From the NCBI GenBank assembly GCA_034530615.2, contig JAVRCV020000048.1, forward strand, positions 32,001 to 96,000: DNA of 64,000 bases, given 5' to 3'. This document shows positions 20,185 through 32,155 of the stretch, in pieces. The position numbers were made by a program, and so were the translations under genes. This DNA comes from Aulosira sp. ZfuVER01. Its GTDB lineage: Bacteria > Cyanobacteriota > Cyanobacteriia > Cyanobacteriales > Nostocaceae. The notes under the pieces are model-generated. The model ran no database searches. It saw only the letters and a list, made by a program, of their open reading frames with translations, and was not told the DNA's origin. How positions within the stretch are numbered: position 1 is the stretch's first letter; every line of letters begins with the position of its first letter.

Positions 20185-21363
20185 CTAACGGATATATTCC
20201 TTGAGAACACTGTTACGATTTGGGTGGCGTAACTTGCGGAGTGCTTTTGCCTCAATCTGGCGAATGCGTTCGCGAGTCACGTTAAAAATCTGGCCAATTT
20301 CCTCTAAGGTCTTCATCCGACCATCATCCAAACCGTAGCGCAATCTTAGTACATCTCGTTCGCGGGGGCTGAGACTGTCGAGGACTTTTTCTAGATCTTC
20401 GCGCAACAGATTTTTGGAAACTTGGTCTTCTGGAGTCTCACCATCGGACTCAATAAAATCGCCCAATCGAGAATCTTCTTCTTTCCCAATGGGTGTTTCT
20501 AAGGAAATAGGCAATTGGGCAGATTTAGCAATAAACCGCAACTTCTCAATTGTCATTTCCATGCGAGTAGCAATTTCCTCTTCAGTGGGTTTACGACCCA
20601 TTTCTTGAGAAAGCAGCTTGGTGGTTTTCTTAATCCGAGAGATAGTTTCGTATAAGTGAACTGGAAGTCGGATAGTGCGGGATTGGTCTGCGATCGCTCT
20701 GGTAATTGCTTGACGAATCCACCATGTAGCGTAGGTAGAAAACTTATAACCTTTTTCATGGTCAAACTTTTCTGCGGCACGAATCAAGCCAAGACTACCT
20801 TCCTGAATTAAATCTTGGAAGGACAAGCCACGATTCATATATTTCTTGGCAATTGAAACTACAAGGCGCAGGTTTGATTGCACCATTTTATCTTTTGCTC
20901 TGCGACCAATATGCAGCTTGTAGCGAAACGCTGACAATGGTAATTGCACAGCTTCTGCCCATTCGCTATCTTTTGGATCGCGTTCCAACTGTTCGGAAAG
21001 CTTTTCCCGTATCCTCTCTAATTCCAGTAATTCAGCAATTTTTCGCGCCAATTCAATTTCTTCGTCTGCCCGCAACAAACGAATTCGTCCAATTTCTTGC
21101 AAGTAAAGGCGAATTGAATCTTCCGTATAGTGCTTTTTCTTGCTTTGTGTCCGACGACGCGATTTAGCGGCTTTTCCAGACTTTGCGTCGTCCTCATCAG
21201 ACTGAGGCTCTAAAAACTCATCAATTTCGCCTTCATCGTTTAGTAGTAAGTCTTCATCGACTTCATCATCGATTAAGAGTGGGTCTAACTCGAGCTCAGG
21301 CTGATTTATCATTTCTAGGTCAGGCTGATATATGCTTTCGAGTACGTTGTTAGCCTGGTTCAT
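20185..21363 (-). CDS. sigA: Primary sigma factor SigA (RpoD)
   Basis: [55 protein letters not shown]. Confidence 0.97.
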   Translation of the reverse strand: MNQANNVLESIYQPDLEMINQPELELDPLLIDDEVDEDLLLNDEGEIDEFLEPQSDEDDAKSGKAAKSRRRTQSKKKHYTEDSIRLYLQEIGRIRLLRADEEIELARKIAELLELERIREKLSEQLERDPKDSEWAEAVQLPLSAFRYKLHIGRRAKDKMVQSNLRLVVSIAKKYMNRGLSFQDLIQEGSLGLIRAAEKFDHEKGYKFSTYATWWIRQAITRAIADQSRTIRLPVHLYETISRIKKTTKLLSQEMGRKPTEEEIATRMEMTIEKLRFIAKSAQLPISLETPIGKEEDSRLGDFIESDGETPEDQVSKNLLREDLEKVLDSLSPRERDVLRLRYGLDDGRMKTLEEIGQIFNVTRERIRQIEAKALRKLRHPNRNSVLKEYIR

Positions 21364-22848
21364 GCCGCGTTCCTCATGCTCCTTGCAGAATCAATTACTC
21401 AAGATGTGTTTACTGCTCTTATTAAACGAGCTAGTTTTGATACCGAAAATATTTTTTTGGCTGGTTGCCTGAGATATTTTCGGAAATTTTGTCTCTCCTT
21501 TGGAGGAGTTTCTTACTAAGTGTGGAAATCGCTGTTGTAGCTGACTTACTCACCTTAGTAAAGGCTATGCGTATTGTTCTCGCATATTACCTTTAACTGA
21601 CTTGTCTAAAAAAAGACATGTCTTGAGAAAAAAATTTACCACTACAGTTAAATAAACATAACTGTTGGTAGATTTTTTCCGTAAAGACTGTTCCGATTGT
21701 AGCCTGTTTCACAGAAATTGCACTCTTTTTGTGTGTTAATCTTGTAGTCCTTTAGGCAGGTAAAGCCACTATTAACAAAAAGAACTTCAAAATGGTAGCC
21801 ATGCCCTTAAATCTTTTCTGAAACTTTTTAGAATTGCAGTGGCATTGTCATTACATTAAACGGTAAGTACACCTGTTCATGCACTCTTCTAAGTACAATG
21901 CACAACATTAATTACTTAGAAACAGCGCATTTTATATTAACTCAAGCGAGAAGCAATAGCGCACGTATTTTTACATTTCCTTCATAAAGTACTCAGTTCG
22001 TGAAGCTAAAGCGAGAGTTCTCGCTAGGTAGATACAGCAGATATGCTGATGCTTGTCTTGGGGCACTCTGCATTATGTACGCTCATTACCTAAACTAAGG
22101 AGTTGAGGTAAGGGTAGAATCAGCCTGATAGCAGATCAATTTAGATTCAACTAATTGGTCTTATTCACACGTTAGCGCACTGTTGCGATTTCAGCCCTAT
22201 GAAACTTGACAAACTTTTCCTATTGTATACAACGATATTTTAATCAATTCATCAAGGATTTGACATTAAAGACGAGCAATTATTTGTCTACTGAAGCTAA
22301 AGAATTTAGATGGTAGGTTAGGAACCTAGTTGAAAATCTACTTTAAGTAAAATATTTGTAAATTTTAATACTCACTAACGTAGTAATTTATTAGCTATAT
22401 TTTTAACAATTAATTCCCAATTTACTTAGCAAAGCGGGCTAAGTAGATGAGGTTCAGCTTTGCTATTCAAGGATAACAAATACATTGCTAGAAAGGAGAC
22501 AAAATTTACTGGTATTCATCAAGTGTTGTTTTTCACTTGACTTAACTTAAATATCAGATGAAGTTAACAAACTTGCCAATGTGTAATCACTTAAGCTGAA
22601 AGAAAATATTGACAAAAAAAACATTATATGCAGTTGCTAACAGGGAATTAATTTGATGATTTTTGTAATGAATATTTATATATTTTATTAACCACTTTTT
22701 ATTGTCTAACTGTGTTGCTGTTTGGGTACGTGCAATACACTCTCTAAAGAGAAAGAGGCTAGTGCAAGAAGGCAGCATGGGGCATTGGTATTCTTTACGC
22801 CCCATGCTTACGTAATCCCACTCCTTCCTGGGGTGGAATGACCTTAAT

Positions 22849-24840
<1,992 letters not shown>

Positions 24841-25014
24841 TCACTCCAAAATTCTAACACAAAAGCCTTGCTGGCGTCTGTAGGGCAATTTTGTGAGAAG
24901 TTTATACAGGGACTGCATCCCTGTTGAAATTGGGGGAGTAAGCGGGGAAAGGGGACAAGGAAGTGTGGGGAGTGTGGGAGAGGGTGGGGAGAAATAGGAC
25001 AAGGGAAAATAACA

Positions 25015-25092
25015 AATGACCAATGACTCTTGACTCTTGACTCTTGACTCTTGACCCTTGACCATTAACTCTTAACTCTTGACTTTTGACTA
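25015..25092. repeat. STRR heptamer array (TGACTCT)n
   Basis: About 10 degenerate 7-bp units before miaA; G-rich repeats at 24930-25005. Confidence 0.85.
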
Positions 25093-25093
25093 A

Positions 25094-25990
25094 ATGACTA
25101 AACTGGTTGTAATTTGTGGAGCAACGGCGACGGGTAAATCGGGTTTGGCCTTGGCTTTAGCTAGGCGGTTGGGTACTGTTATCCTCAGTGCGGATTCTCG
25201 CCAAGTTTATCGGGAGTTTGATATTGGCACAGCTAAACCTACATTAGCGGAACAAAAATTAGTGCCGCATTATTTAATAGATATCTGCGCTCCCACAAAC
25301 ACGATGACGGTAGCAGATTACCAAGAACAAGCGCAAGCTTTAATTGCTTCTGTTTCTGGTTCTCCTGTATTGCTGGTAGGGGGTACGGGTTTATACATAC
25401 GTTCTATTGTGCAAGGCATGAAGATTCCTAGGGTTGCACCACAACAAAAATTGCGATCGCAACTCGAAGAAATTGGTCAAAATCAACTTTACGCTATGTT
25501 GCAACAAGTTGATCCTACTGCTGCACAAAAAATTCATCCCCATGATGCAGTACGTACTTTAAGAGCATTAGAAGTGTATTATATTACTGGAATACCTATT
25601 TCAGAACAACAAGGGGAGAACCCTCCAAATTACCCGATTTTGCAAATTGGTTTAGATTGTGACGCTGAAAGGCTACGCCTACGCATTCACAAGCGTACCG
25701 AGCAGATGATAGCAGATGGATTAGTTGCTGAGGTGGATTATCTGTGTCAGAAATATGGTGCTGATTTATCTTTGTTAAATACTTTAGGATATCAAGAAAT
25801 CAAGCAATATTTGGTTGAAGACATTTCTTTAGAAGCAGTCAAAGAATTAATAGTTTTACATACGCGGCAATTTGCCAAGCGACAACGCACTTGGTTTCAA
25901 GTATATCCACAAATCGAGTGGTTTGATGCAAACGATCCGGATTTATTTGCTAAAGTTTTGCAGCGTGTAGATAAGTTTATTGAAATTTGA
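25094..25990 (+). CDS. miaA: tRNA dimethylallyltransferase
   Basis: GATATGKS, SADSRQVY, DIGTAKP, VGGTGLY, TRQFAKRQRTWF. Confidence 0.96.
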   Translation: MTKLVVICGATATGKSGLALALARRLGTVILSADSRQVYREFDIGTAKPTLAEQKLVPHYLIDICAPTNTMTVADYQEQAQALIASVSGSPVLLVGGTGLYIRSIVQGMKIPRVAPQQKLRSQLEEIGQNQLYAMLQQVDPTAAQKIHPHDAVRTLRALEVYYITGIPISEQQGENPPNYPILQIGLDCDAERLRLRIHKRTEQMIADGLVAEVDYLCQKYGADLSLLNTLGYQEIKQYLVEDISLEAVKELIVLHTRQFAKRQRTWFQVYPQIEWFDANDPDLFAKVLQRVDKFIEI

Positions 25991-26048
25991 TCAATGATTA
26001 TTAGCTAATTGATAGTCTTGACGAAAAAACTATTATAGCTATACCATA

Positions 26049-27899
26049 CTAACCTTTTAGAGATTCGTATAAAGCATCTAGTCTAGCTTGTATAGCTGGA
26101 GGTTTAGCAGTAAAATGAATATAAAAACTGGCATTATCTGCTGGTTTATCGAACACCTTGGCATAGATGTCTTCTTGAAGTTCTGGTGGGATATTCTGTA
26201 CTAATAATTTGAGCTTTATATTCGTTTGTGAAGATGGGAGAGAAACTCCTGCGGCATTTTCACTACGAACCTTAGCACCCTTAGCTGAAAGTTCAACTAT
26301 ACTGCCTTGATATATAGTTTCACTAATATGCTTTTCCTCCAAAAATGTATATTGTATGGGAATAATTCCCGGAAGTGGAAAAAATTTCTCTTCTTCTCTA
26401 GGTAGAAAAAGATTGTAAGCTCCGCTGATTCCATAAACTTCGTATATAATGATTGGCTGTTTTACACCTTTTGGCTGTACCTGTTTGTGTCCACTTACCT
26501 TTACGATTGACCCAGCTGCTTTTAATGTCTCTTCTGAAATTAGAATTTCACCACCTGTTGTATAAGATTCAATTCGATAAGTTAGGTTTACCTGACTACC
26601 AACTATTCCATACTTCGTGCGTTTTTCGGAGCCGATATTTCCTAAAATTACCAGTCCGGTATTGATACCAATACCCATATCTAGTTGAGGGAAGCCTAGA
26701 TTTTTCAGTCTTTCATTAACAGCACCCATAGCTAATTGCATGGCACAAGCACAAGCTACGGCTTTAGCAGCGTCATCTTCTCTTGGTGTAGGCGCACCAA
26801 ACAAAACCAAAATGCCATCACCCATAAATTCATTAATAGATCCTTGGTACTGGGTGATCACATCGGCCATGTATTCTAAATAGATGTTGAGAATAGTAAT
26901 TACTTCTTCTGGTTGCGATCGCTCTGATATAGCTGTAAATCCTCGTAAATCTGATGTCAGAATGGTAATTTTCCGCCTTTCGCCACCAAGTTTTAATCCT
27001 TCAGGACTTTCTAATAAATTAGCTACGATATCATCACTGAGGTAACGTCCAAATACCTGGCGAATCAGTGAATTCCTTTTTTCTAAGTCTGTGTTAGCTT
27101 GAGCCAAATCAGCAGTGCGTTCTGTGACACGCACCTCTAACTCCCTAGCGGTTTGACGCAGCCTACCAATAACTAAGGTCAACCCAGTAAGCCCCAATAC
27201 AGATAATCCACCCAACATTACAGAAGTTGTTTGCAGGCTTTTATTAGTCTTTTCTGTAAAGCTATCTAGAGACTGAGTAATTGCCAAAACTCCGCGCACA
27301 TCTCCCACTTGCCAATCGCGTTTTGGACTATTAGGGTCAGTGTCGTGACAAGCAACACAGCTAGCTTCCATCCGCACGGATTCCCCATATCGCCATAAGC
27401 TACGGCCATCTTTTGTCTCCAGACGAGAAAAATTTTTCTGTTCGGGATGTTGTCTTAGGTAAGTAAGCGCTTGTTTCTCAAACTCATCTCTCGGCCCACC
27501 TTCAGCTTTTCGCCAAGGATAAGGGTAATCACTGTATAAACGAACTGACATGCCATTCTGTTGTTCAGTGACTTTTTTGCCGAGTTCGATCGCATAAGTT
27601 GCTGGCGGAGGAATTGCGCCCTCTTTAATCAAGTAGTTGTGGGCAATGGTAATTCCTTGTACTTTTTTAGCCCGATTGGCCGCTGAATCACTGTAAAGTC
27701 TCCAAGCATCAATAATTGACTTGGCTTGCAATTCGGCATTCATGAGTGCTTGCGATTGCATTAGGTTAGTCGAGAGACTAGACATATTTGCTAAAGCTAC
27801 ACCCACTCCAATGGAGAATAAAAGCAGAAGAATTAGAACAGTTTGTTTAAAAAGCAGACTCAGAAAAAAGCGCCACACTCTAGAAATCGAATTATTCAT
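26049..27899 (-). CDS. Membrane class III nucleotide cyclase with heme-c (DUF3365/Tll0287-like) sensor; Cya2-like guanylate-cyclase signature
   Basis: TM, periplasmic CVACH, TM, cyclase (SDLRGFT, EFMGDG, KYGIVGSQVNLTYRIES). Confidence 0.88.
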   Translation of the reverse strand: MNNSISRVWRFFLSLLFKQTVLILLLLFSIGVGVALANMSSLSTNLMQSQALMNAELQAKSIIDAWRLYSDSAANRAKKVQGITIAHNYLIKEGAIPPPATYAIELGKKVTEQQNGMSVRLYSDYPYPWRKAEGGPRDEFEKQALTYLRQHPEQKNFSRLETKDGRSLWRYGESVRMEASCVACHDTDPNSPKRDWQVGDVRGVLAITQSLDSFTEKTNKSLQTTSVMLGGLSVLGLTGLTLVIGRLRQTARELEVRVTERTADLAQANTDLEKRNSLIRQVFGRYLSDDIVANLLESPEGLKLGGERRKITILTSDLRGFTAISERSQPEEVITILNIYLEYMADVITQYQGSINEFMGDGILVLFGAPTPREDDAAKAVACACAMQLAMGAVNERLKNLGFPQLDMGIGINTGLVILGNIGSEKRTKYGIVGSQVNLTYRIESYTTGGEILISEETLKAAGSIVKVSGHKQVQPKGVKQPIIIYEVYGISGAYNLFLPREEEKFFPLPGIIPIQYTFLEEKHISETIYQGSIVELSAKGAKVRSENAAGVSLPSSQTNIKLKLLVQNIPPELQEDIYAKVFDKPADNASFYIHFTAKPPAIQARLDALYESLKG

Positions 27900-28206
27900 T
27901 GCATAACCCTGGTCTTATGTATTTACCTGTCATGCCTGTAAAAGCTGAATACCTTAACAAAATATACTTTTTTAGTTCACAATTCTGTTAAGGGAAATAT
28001 CAAAGTTAGCAAAAAGTTTTACTATATTGGCAAGACGGGTAGATTTATTGATTAATTTAGTGAACTGTCAGCTCTGCTTAGACCTCCATCTATGCTGAAA
28101 ATAAATGGAGATGCGATCGCACTCTTGTAACTCCTGCCACAATATTCTTTAGTATTAACCATGCATTTGCAGTGAACCTGGGCTGCATCCCTATAAGAAA
28201 CCACTT

Positions 28207-29679
28207 ATGCTCACCCAAGATAAACAACAACGTAACTGGAAACCCATCATCAACGCATTTGAAGCTGTACTGGGCAAAAATGGCGTGGTGCAACGCCGTG
28301 AGGAACTGATTACTTATGAATGTGATGGTTTAACAGGCTATCGCCAACGTCCGGCGGTAGTTGTACTACCTAGAACAACAGAACAAGTTGCTGCGGTAGT
28401 GAAGATATGCAACAAATACTCTCTTCCCTTTATCGCGCGCGGTTCTGGTACTGGTTTATCTGGTGGTGCTTTGCCTGGGAAAGATTCAGTTTTAATTGTC
28501 ACTTCCTTAATGCGGCAAATACTCAGCATTGATTTGGACAATCAAAGGGCTGTTGTGCAACCAGGAGTAATTAATAGTTGGGTAACACAAGCAGTAAGCG
28601 GTGCTGGATTCTACTATGCACCAGACCCCTCTAGCCAAATTATCTGCTCGATTGGGGGCAACATTGCGGAGAATTCTGGCGGGGTACATTGTCTCAAATA
28701 TGGTGTGACTACTAACCATGTTTTGGGATTGAAACTAGTACTTCCCGATGGTGAAATTGTCGATGTGGGAGGGCAAATTCCCGAAATGCCTGGTTATGAT
28801 TTAACAGGTATATTTGTCGGTTCGGAAGGTACTTTGGGTATCGCTACAGAAATTACGCTAAAAATTCTCAAAAGTGCAGAATCAATTTGTGTTTTGTTGG
28901 CAGATTTTAATAGCGTTGAAGCTGCTGGGTCGACGGTTTCCGATATCATCAGTGCGGGGATTATTCCTGGTGGTATGGAAATGATGGATAACTTCAGCAT
29001 CAATGCTGTTGAAGATGTTGTGGCCACAAATTGTTATCCCCGCGATGCTACTGCAATTTTGCTCATAGAAATTGACGGTTTAGAAGTAGAAGTTGCAGGT
29101 AATAAACAGCGTGTAATTGAAATTTGTCAACAGAATGGTGCGCGTAGCGTGACTTCTGCTAGCGATCCAGAGACACGCTTAAAACTTTGGAAAGGACGCA
29201 AAGCTGCTTTTGCGGCTGCTGGACATTTAAGCCCAGATTATTATGTTCAAGATGGTGTAATTCCTCGAACACAATTACCTTATGTGTTGCAAGAAATTGA
29301 GTTATTAAGTCAAAAATTTGGTTATCGTGTCGCCAATGTATTTCATGCTGGTGATGGTAATCTTCACCCATTGATTCTTTACGATAATTCGGTGCATGGA
29401 GCATTAGAGAAAGTGGAAGAATTAGGAGGAGAAATTCTCAAACTTTGTGTAAGAGTAGGTGGTAGCATTTCTGGCGAACATGGTATTGGTGCAGATAAAA
29501 AATGCTATATGCCAGAGATGTTTAGCCAAACTGATTTAGAAACTATGCAATGGGTAAGGCAAGTATTTAATCCTCAAGGTTTAGCAAATCCGGAGAAGAT
29601 ATTCCCAACACCACGCACTTGTGGTGAGGCAGCAAATGCAGCAAGTGTCAAGCAATTTGAAGGTGTGCAAAGATTTTAA
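28207..29679 (+). CDS. glcD: Glycolate oxidase subunit GlcD
   Basis: ARGSGTGLSGG, APDPSSQ, ENSGGVHCLKYG, HAGDGNLHP, GEHGIG. Confidence 0.93.
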   Translation: MLTQDKQQRNWKPIINAFEAVLGKNGVVQRREELITYECDGLTGYRQRPAVVVLPRTTEQVAAVVKICNKYSLPFIARGSGTGLSGGALPGKDSVLIVTSLMRQILSIDLDNQRAVVQPGVINSWVTQAVSGAGFYYAPDPSSQIICSIGGNIAENSGGVHCLKYGVTTNHVLGLKLVLPDGEIVDVGGQIPEMPGYDLTGIFVGSEGTLGIATEITLKILKSAESICVLLADFNSVEAAGSTVSDIISAGIIPGGMEMMDNFSINAVEDVVATNCYPRDATAILLIEIDGLEVEVAGNKQRVIEICQQNGARSVTSASDPETRLKLWKGRKAAFAAAGHLSPDYYVQDGVIPRTQLPYVLQEIELLSQKFGYRVANVFHAGDGNLHPLILYDNSVHGALEKVEELGGEILKLCVRVGGSISGEHGIGADKKCYMPEMFSQTDLETMQWVRQVFNPQGLANPEKIFPTPRTCGEAANAASVKQFEGVQRF

Positions 29680-29719
29680 TCAACGGTTAACTGTGAACAG
29701 TTTTTTAGTTAAAAGTAGT

Positions 29720-29801
29720 AAATCATTTCCAAGAAATAAATTATCCGAATAAACCCCAGAGTCATAGAGAAGATTTTTGCGTTATTTCTTGGATTGCTTT
29801 A
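29720..29801. repeat. Short MITE-like element with terminal inverted repeats
   Basis: TCCAAGAAATAA (29728-29739) / TTATTTCTTGGA (29782-29793); left end shared with 39339. Confidence 0.65.
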
Positions 29802-30037
29802 ATTGGAAGTCTCTAGTATAAAAGCCTGCCAACACAGGCTTTTTTTGCATATTTATACTCTTCTAAAAGAGAAGCTATGTTTGATATTCTCTAAAATTGC
29901 TAGATTTGGATTTTTGCTAACTGCATCTTTGGTTATCATAAAAAATCAAGATCTAGCTACACGCTCCGGAGTCTTGAAATTTATTTTGTAGTTATATATA
30001 GTCCTTCTATTCGTTTAAAAGTAAGTCAAGCTCACAG

Positions 30038-31279
30038 ATGAATCGGTTTGCCCGCCGTTATTTTTGTTACTGGCTGTGTTTGGAATTAATATTATGCTTA
30101 ATAGCATTTTCGCTTCCTTCTCACTCAGTTAATTACCAAAAAGCCAACCATCCAACTACAACAGAAATTCGGGGCGTTTGGCTAACTAATGTCGCTAGTG
30201 GCGTATTATTTGTACCTTGGGGTATTAACCGTGCTGTTAACCAACTCTCGGCACTCAACTTTAATACGATTTATCCTGTAGTTTGGAATAGAGGACATAC
30301 TTTTTACAATAGTGCAGTTGCTAAAAAAATTATCGGTTCAGATACGCAAACTTTGCTCAAAATAATGCATGGTGGTGGAGATATTTTAGCCAAGCTAATT
30401 AAACTTGCTAAACCTAAAGGTTTAAGTATTGTTCCTTGGTTTGAATATGGGTTAATGACACCGCATAATTCGGAATTAGCTAGGCGGTACTCGGATTGGT
30501 TGACAATTGGGCAAGAAGGTATCAAATCTATTAAAGAAAGTCCCCGAGAAGAAATTGACAGTCATATTAGTAAGCAAGCTTGGCTGAATCCTCTACATCC
30601 GCAAGTTCAAGAGTTTCTTCAAGAGCTAATTGTGGAAGTTGTTAGCAATTATGATGTGGATGGTATTCAACTTGACGATCATTTTGGGATGCCAGTGCAG
30701 TTTGGTTACGATGCTTTTACTGTTGAACTATATCAGCAAGAACATCAAGGTAAAAGTCCACCAAAAAACCCTTTTAACCCCGAATGGATGCGTTGGCGAG
30801 CTGATAAAATTACTGATTTTATGGCTGCGATTTATCAAGCTGTGAAGGCGATTAAGCCTCATGCCAAAATTTCTCTATCTCCGAATTCTCAAGCTTTTGC
30901 CTACAAATACTACTTGCAAAACTGGGAAGATTGGGTAAAAAAAGGTTTGGTAGATGAGTTGATTTTGCAGGTATATCGAGATAACAAAAGCAGTTTTATC
31001 GCTGAGCTGGAGAAACCAGCGGTAGAATTTGCTCGCAGTCAAATCCCTGTAGGTATTGGGATAACAACTGGAACTTTACATGATTCTGTGGATACCGCTC
31101 AAATTAAAGAACAGGTTAAAGTGGTACGCGATCGCAAATTTCCTGGTATTTCATTTTTCTACTGGGAAAGTTTATGGGGTTACATCTCGCCGGAATCACC
31201 TCAGCAAAGGCGCAGGGCTTTTGGAGAGATATTTAATACCAAAGCTGCAAGACCAATCCTACTACCAAAGAAAATTTGA
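30038..31279 (+). CDS. Glycoside hydrolase family 10-like (DUF187/GHL10) protein
   Basis: EIRGVWLTN, PWFEYG, WLNPLHPQVQ, YDVDGIQLDDHF; signal peptide. Confidence 0.9.
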   Translation: MNRFARRYFCYWLCLELILCLIAFSLPSHSVNYQKANHPTTTEIRGVWLTNVASGVLFVPWGINRAVNQLSALNFNTIYPVVWNRGHTFYNSAVAKKIIGSDTQTLLKIMHGGGDILAKLIKLAKPKGLSIVPWFEYGLMTPHNSELARRYSDWLTIGQEGIKSIKESPREEIDSHISKQAWLNPLHPQVQEFLQELIVEVVSNYDVDGIQLDDHFGMPVQFGYDAFTVELYQQEHQGKSPPKNPFNPEWMRWRADKITDFMAAIYQAVKAIKPHAKISLSPNSQAFAYKYYLQNWEDWVKKGLVDELILQVYRDNKSSFIAELEKPAVEFARSQIPVGIGITTGTLHDSVDTAQIKEQVKVVRDRKFPGISFFYWESLWGYISPESPQQRRRAFGEIFNTKAARPILLPKKI

Positions 31280-31848
31280 TGCTATTTGCACCTGCTAAAA
31301 CTCAATTTAGCTTTACATTACGGTGGACTGTAGCTACTTTTAGCGGTTTTTTAGGGAGTTTGTTATTTATTGAAATTGGTGAAAAGCCCGATTTGGGAGT
31401 ACTACAAGCTTTGATTGGCGGATTAGCGATCGCCTCTGCTCAAAGTCTGATTCTCCGACATACAAGCTTTTATGCTAAGTGGGTGTTGTTCACTGTTTTG
31501 GGTTGGGTGGCGATCGCAATCATTGGCGTTGGTGTAGTCGGTTGGATTGTACCTACAACTCAGTTGCTTCCCCTAAGAATCCTGACAGGCGCATTTTACG
31601 GCGCAGTTGGCGGTTTTGTAATTGGACTGGCTCAATGGTTAGCAATTTACCAGCCAGTTCCTTTGGCTTGGCGCTGGATATTTATTAGTGCAGTCAGTTG
31701 GGCAATTGCTATGCCTATCGGTTCTGCTATCGGGATAATTTTACGCCAACTCACACAGGTATTTTTAGGCGAAGTTATCGGTTTGGCGATCGCCTGGCTG
31801 GTGGTTGCAATTCTCAGCGGGATTAATGCTTATAAATTATTGAATTAA
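31276..31848 (+). CDS. Hypothetical multi-pass membrane protein
   Basis: Gly-rich TM repeats (IGLAQWL); overlaps the GHL10 stop. Confidence 0.75.
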   Translation: MMLFAPAKTQFSFTLRWTVATFSGFLGSLLFIEIGEKPDLGVLQALIGGLAIASAQSLILRHTSFYAKWVLFTVLGWVAIAIIGVGVVGWIVPTTQLLPLRILTGAFYGAVGGFVIGLAQWLAIYQPVPLAWRWIFISAVSWAIAMPIGSAIGIILRQLTQVFLGEVIGLAIAWLVVAILSGINAYKLLN

Positions 31849-32155
31849 ATTGGTAATTTGTCCTTTTTCAGGAATCAAGGACTATTTATTCACCTGCTTC
31901 CTTATCCCTTATCGTTTTGCATTAAGAATTATCACAATTATTGACTATCCTGCTTGATTCTGCCTAAGATATGTGCAAAAATCTTAAGGAATTATTAAAA
32001 ATCAATCTCAAATAACTTGTTACTGATCTGTCCATGCATTTTCGGCTTCAATGAGTAGGGTAGGTTAAGTTTACAGTTATCGGCTTTCTGAGATTTTTGA
32101 TTGGAAATAGAGAAAGACACAAATAAAAATCAATAAAGGCTGAAAATCCTTTGCT

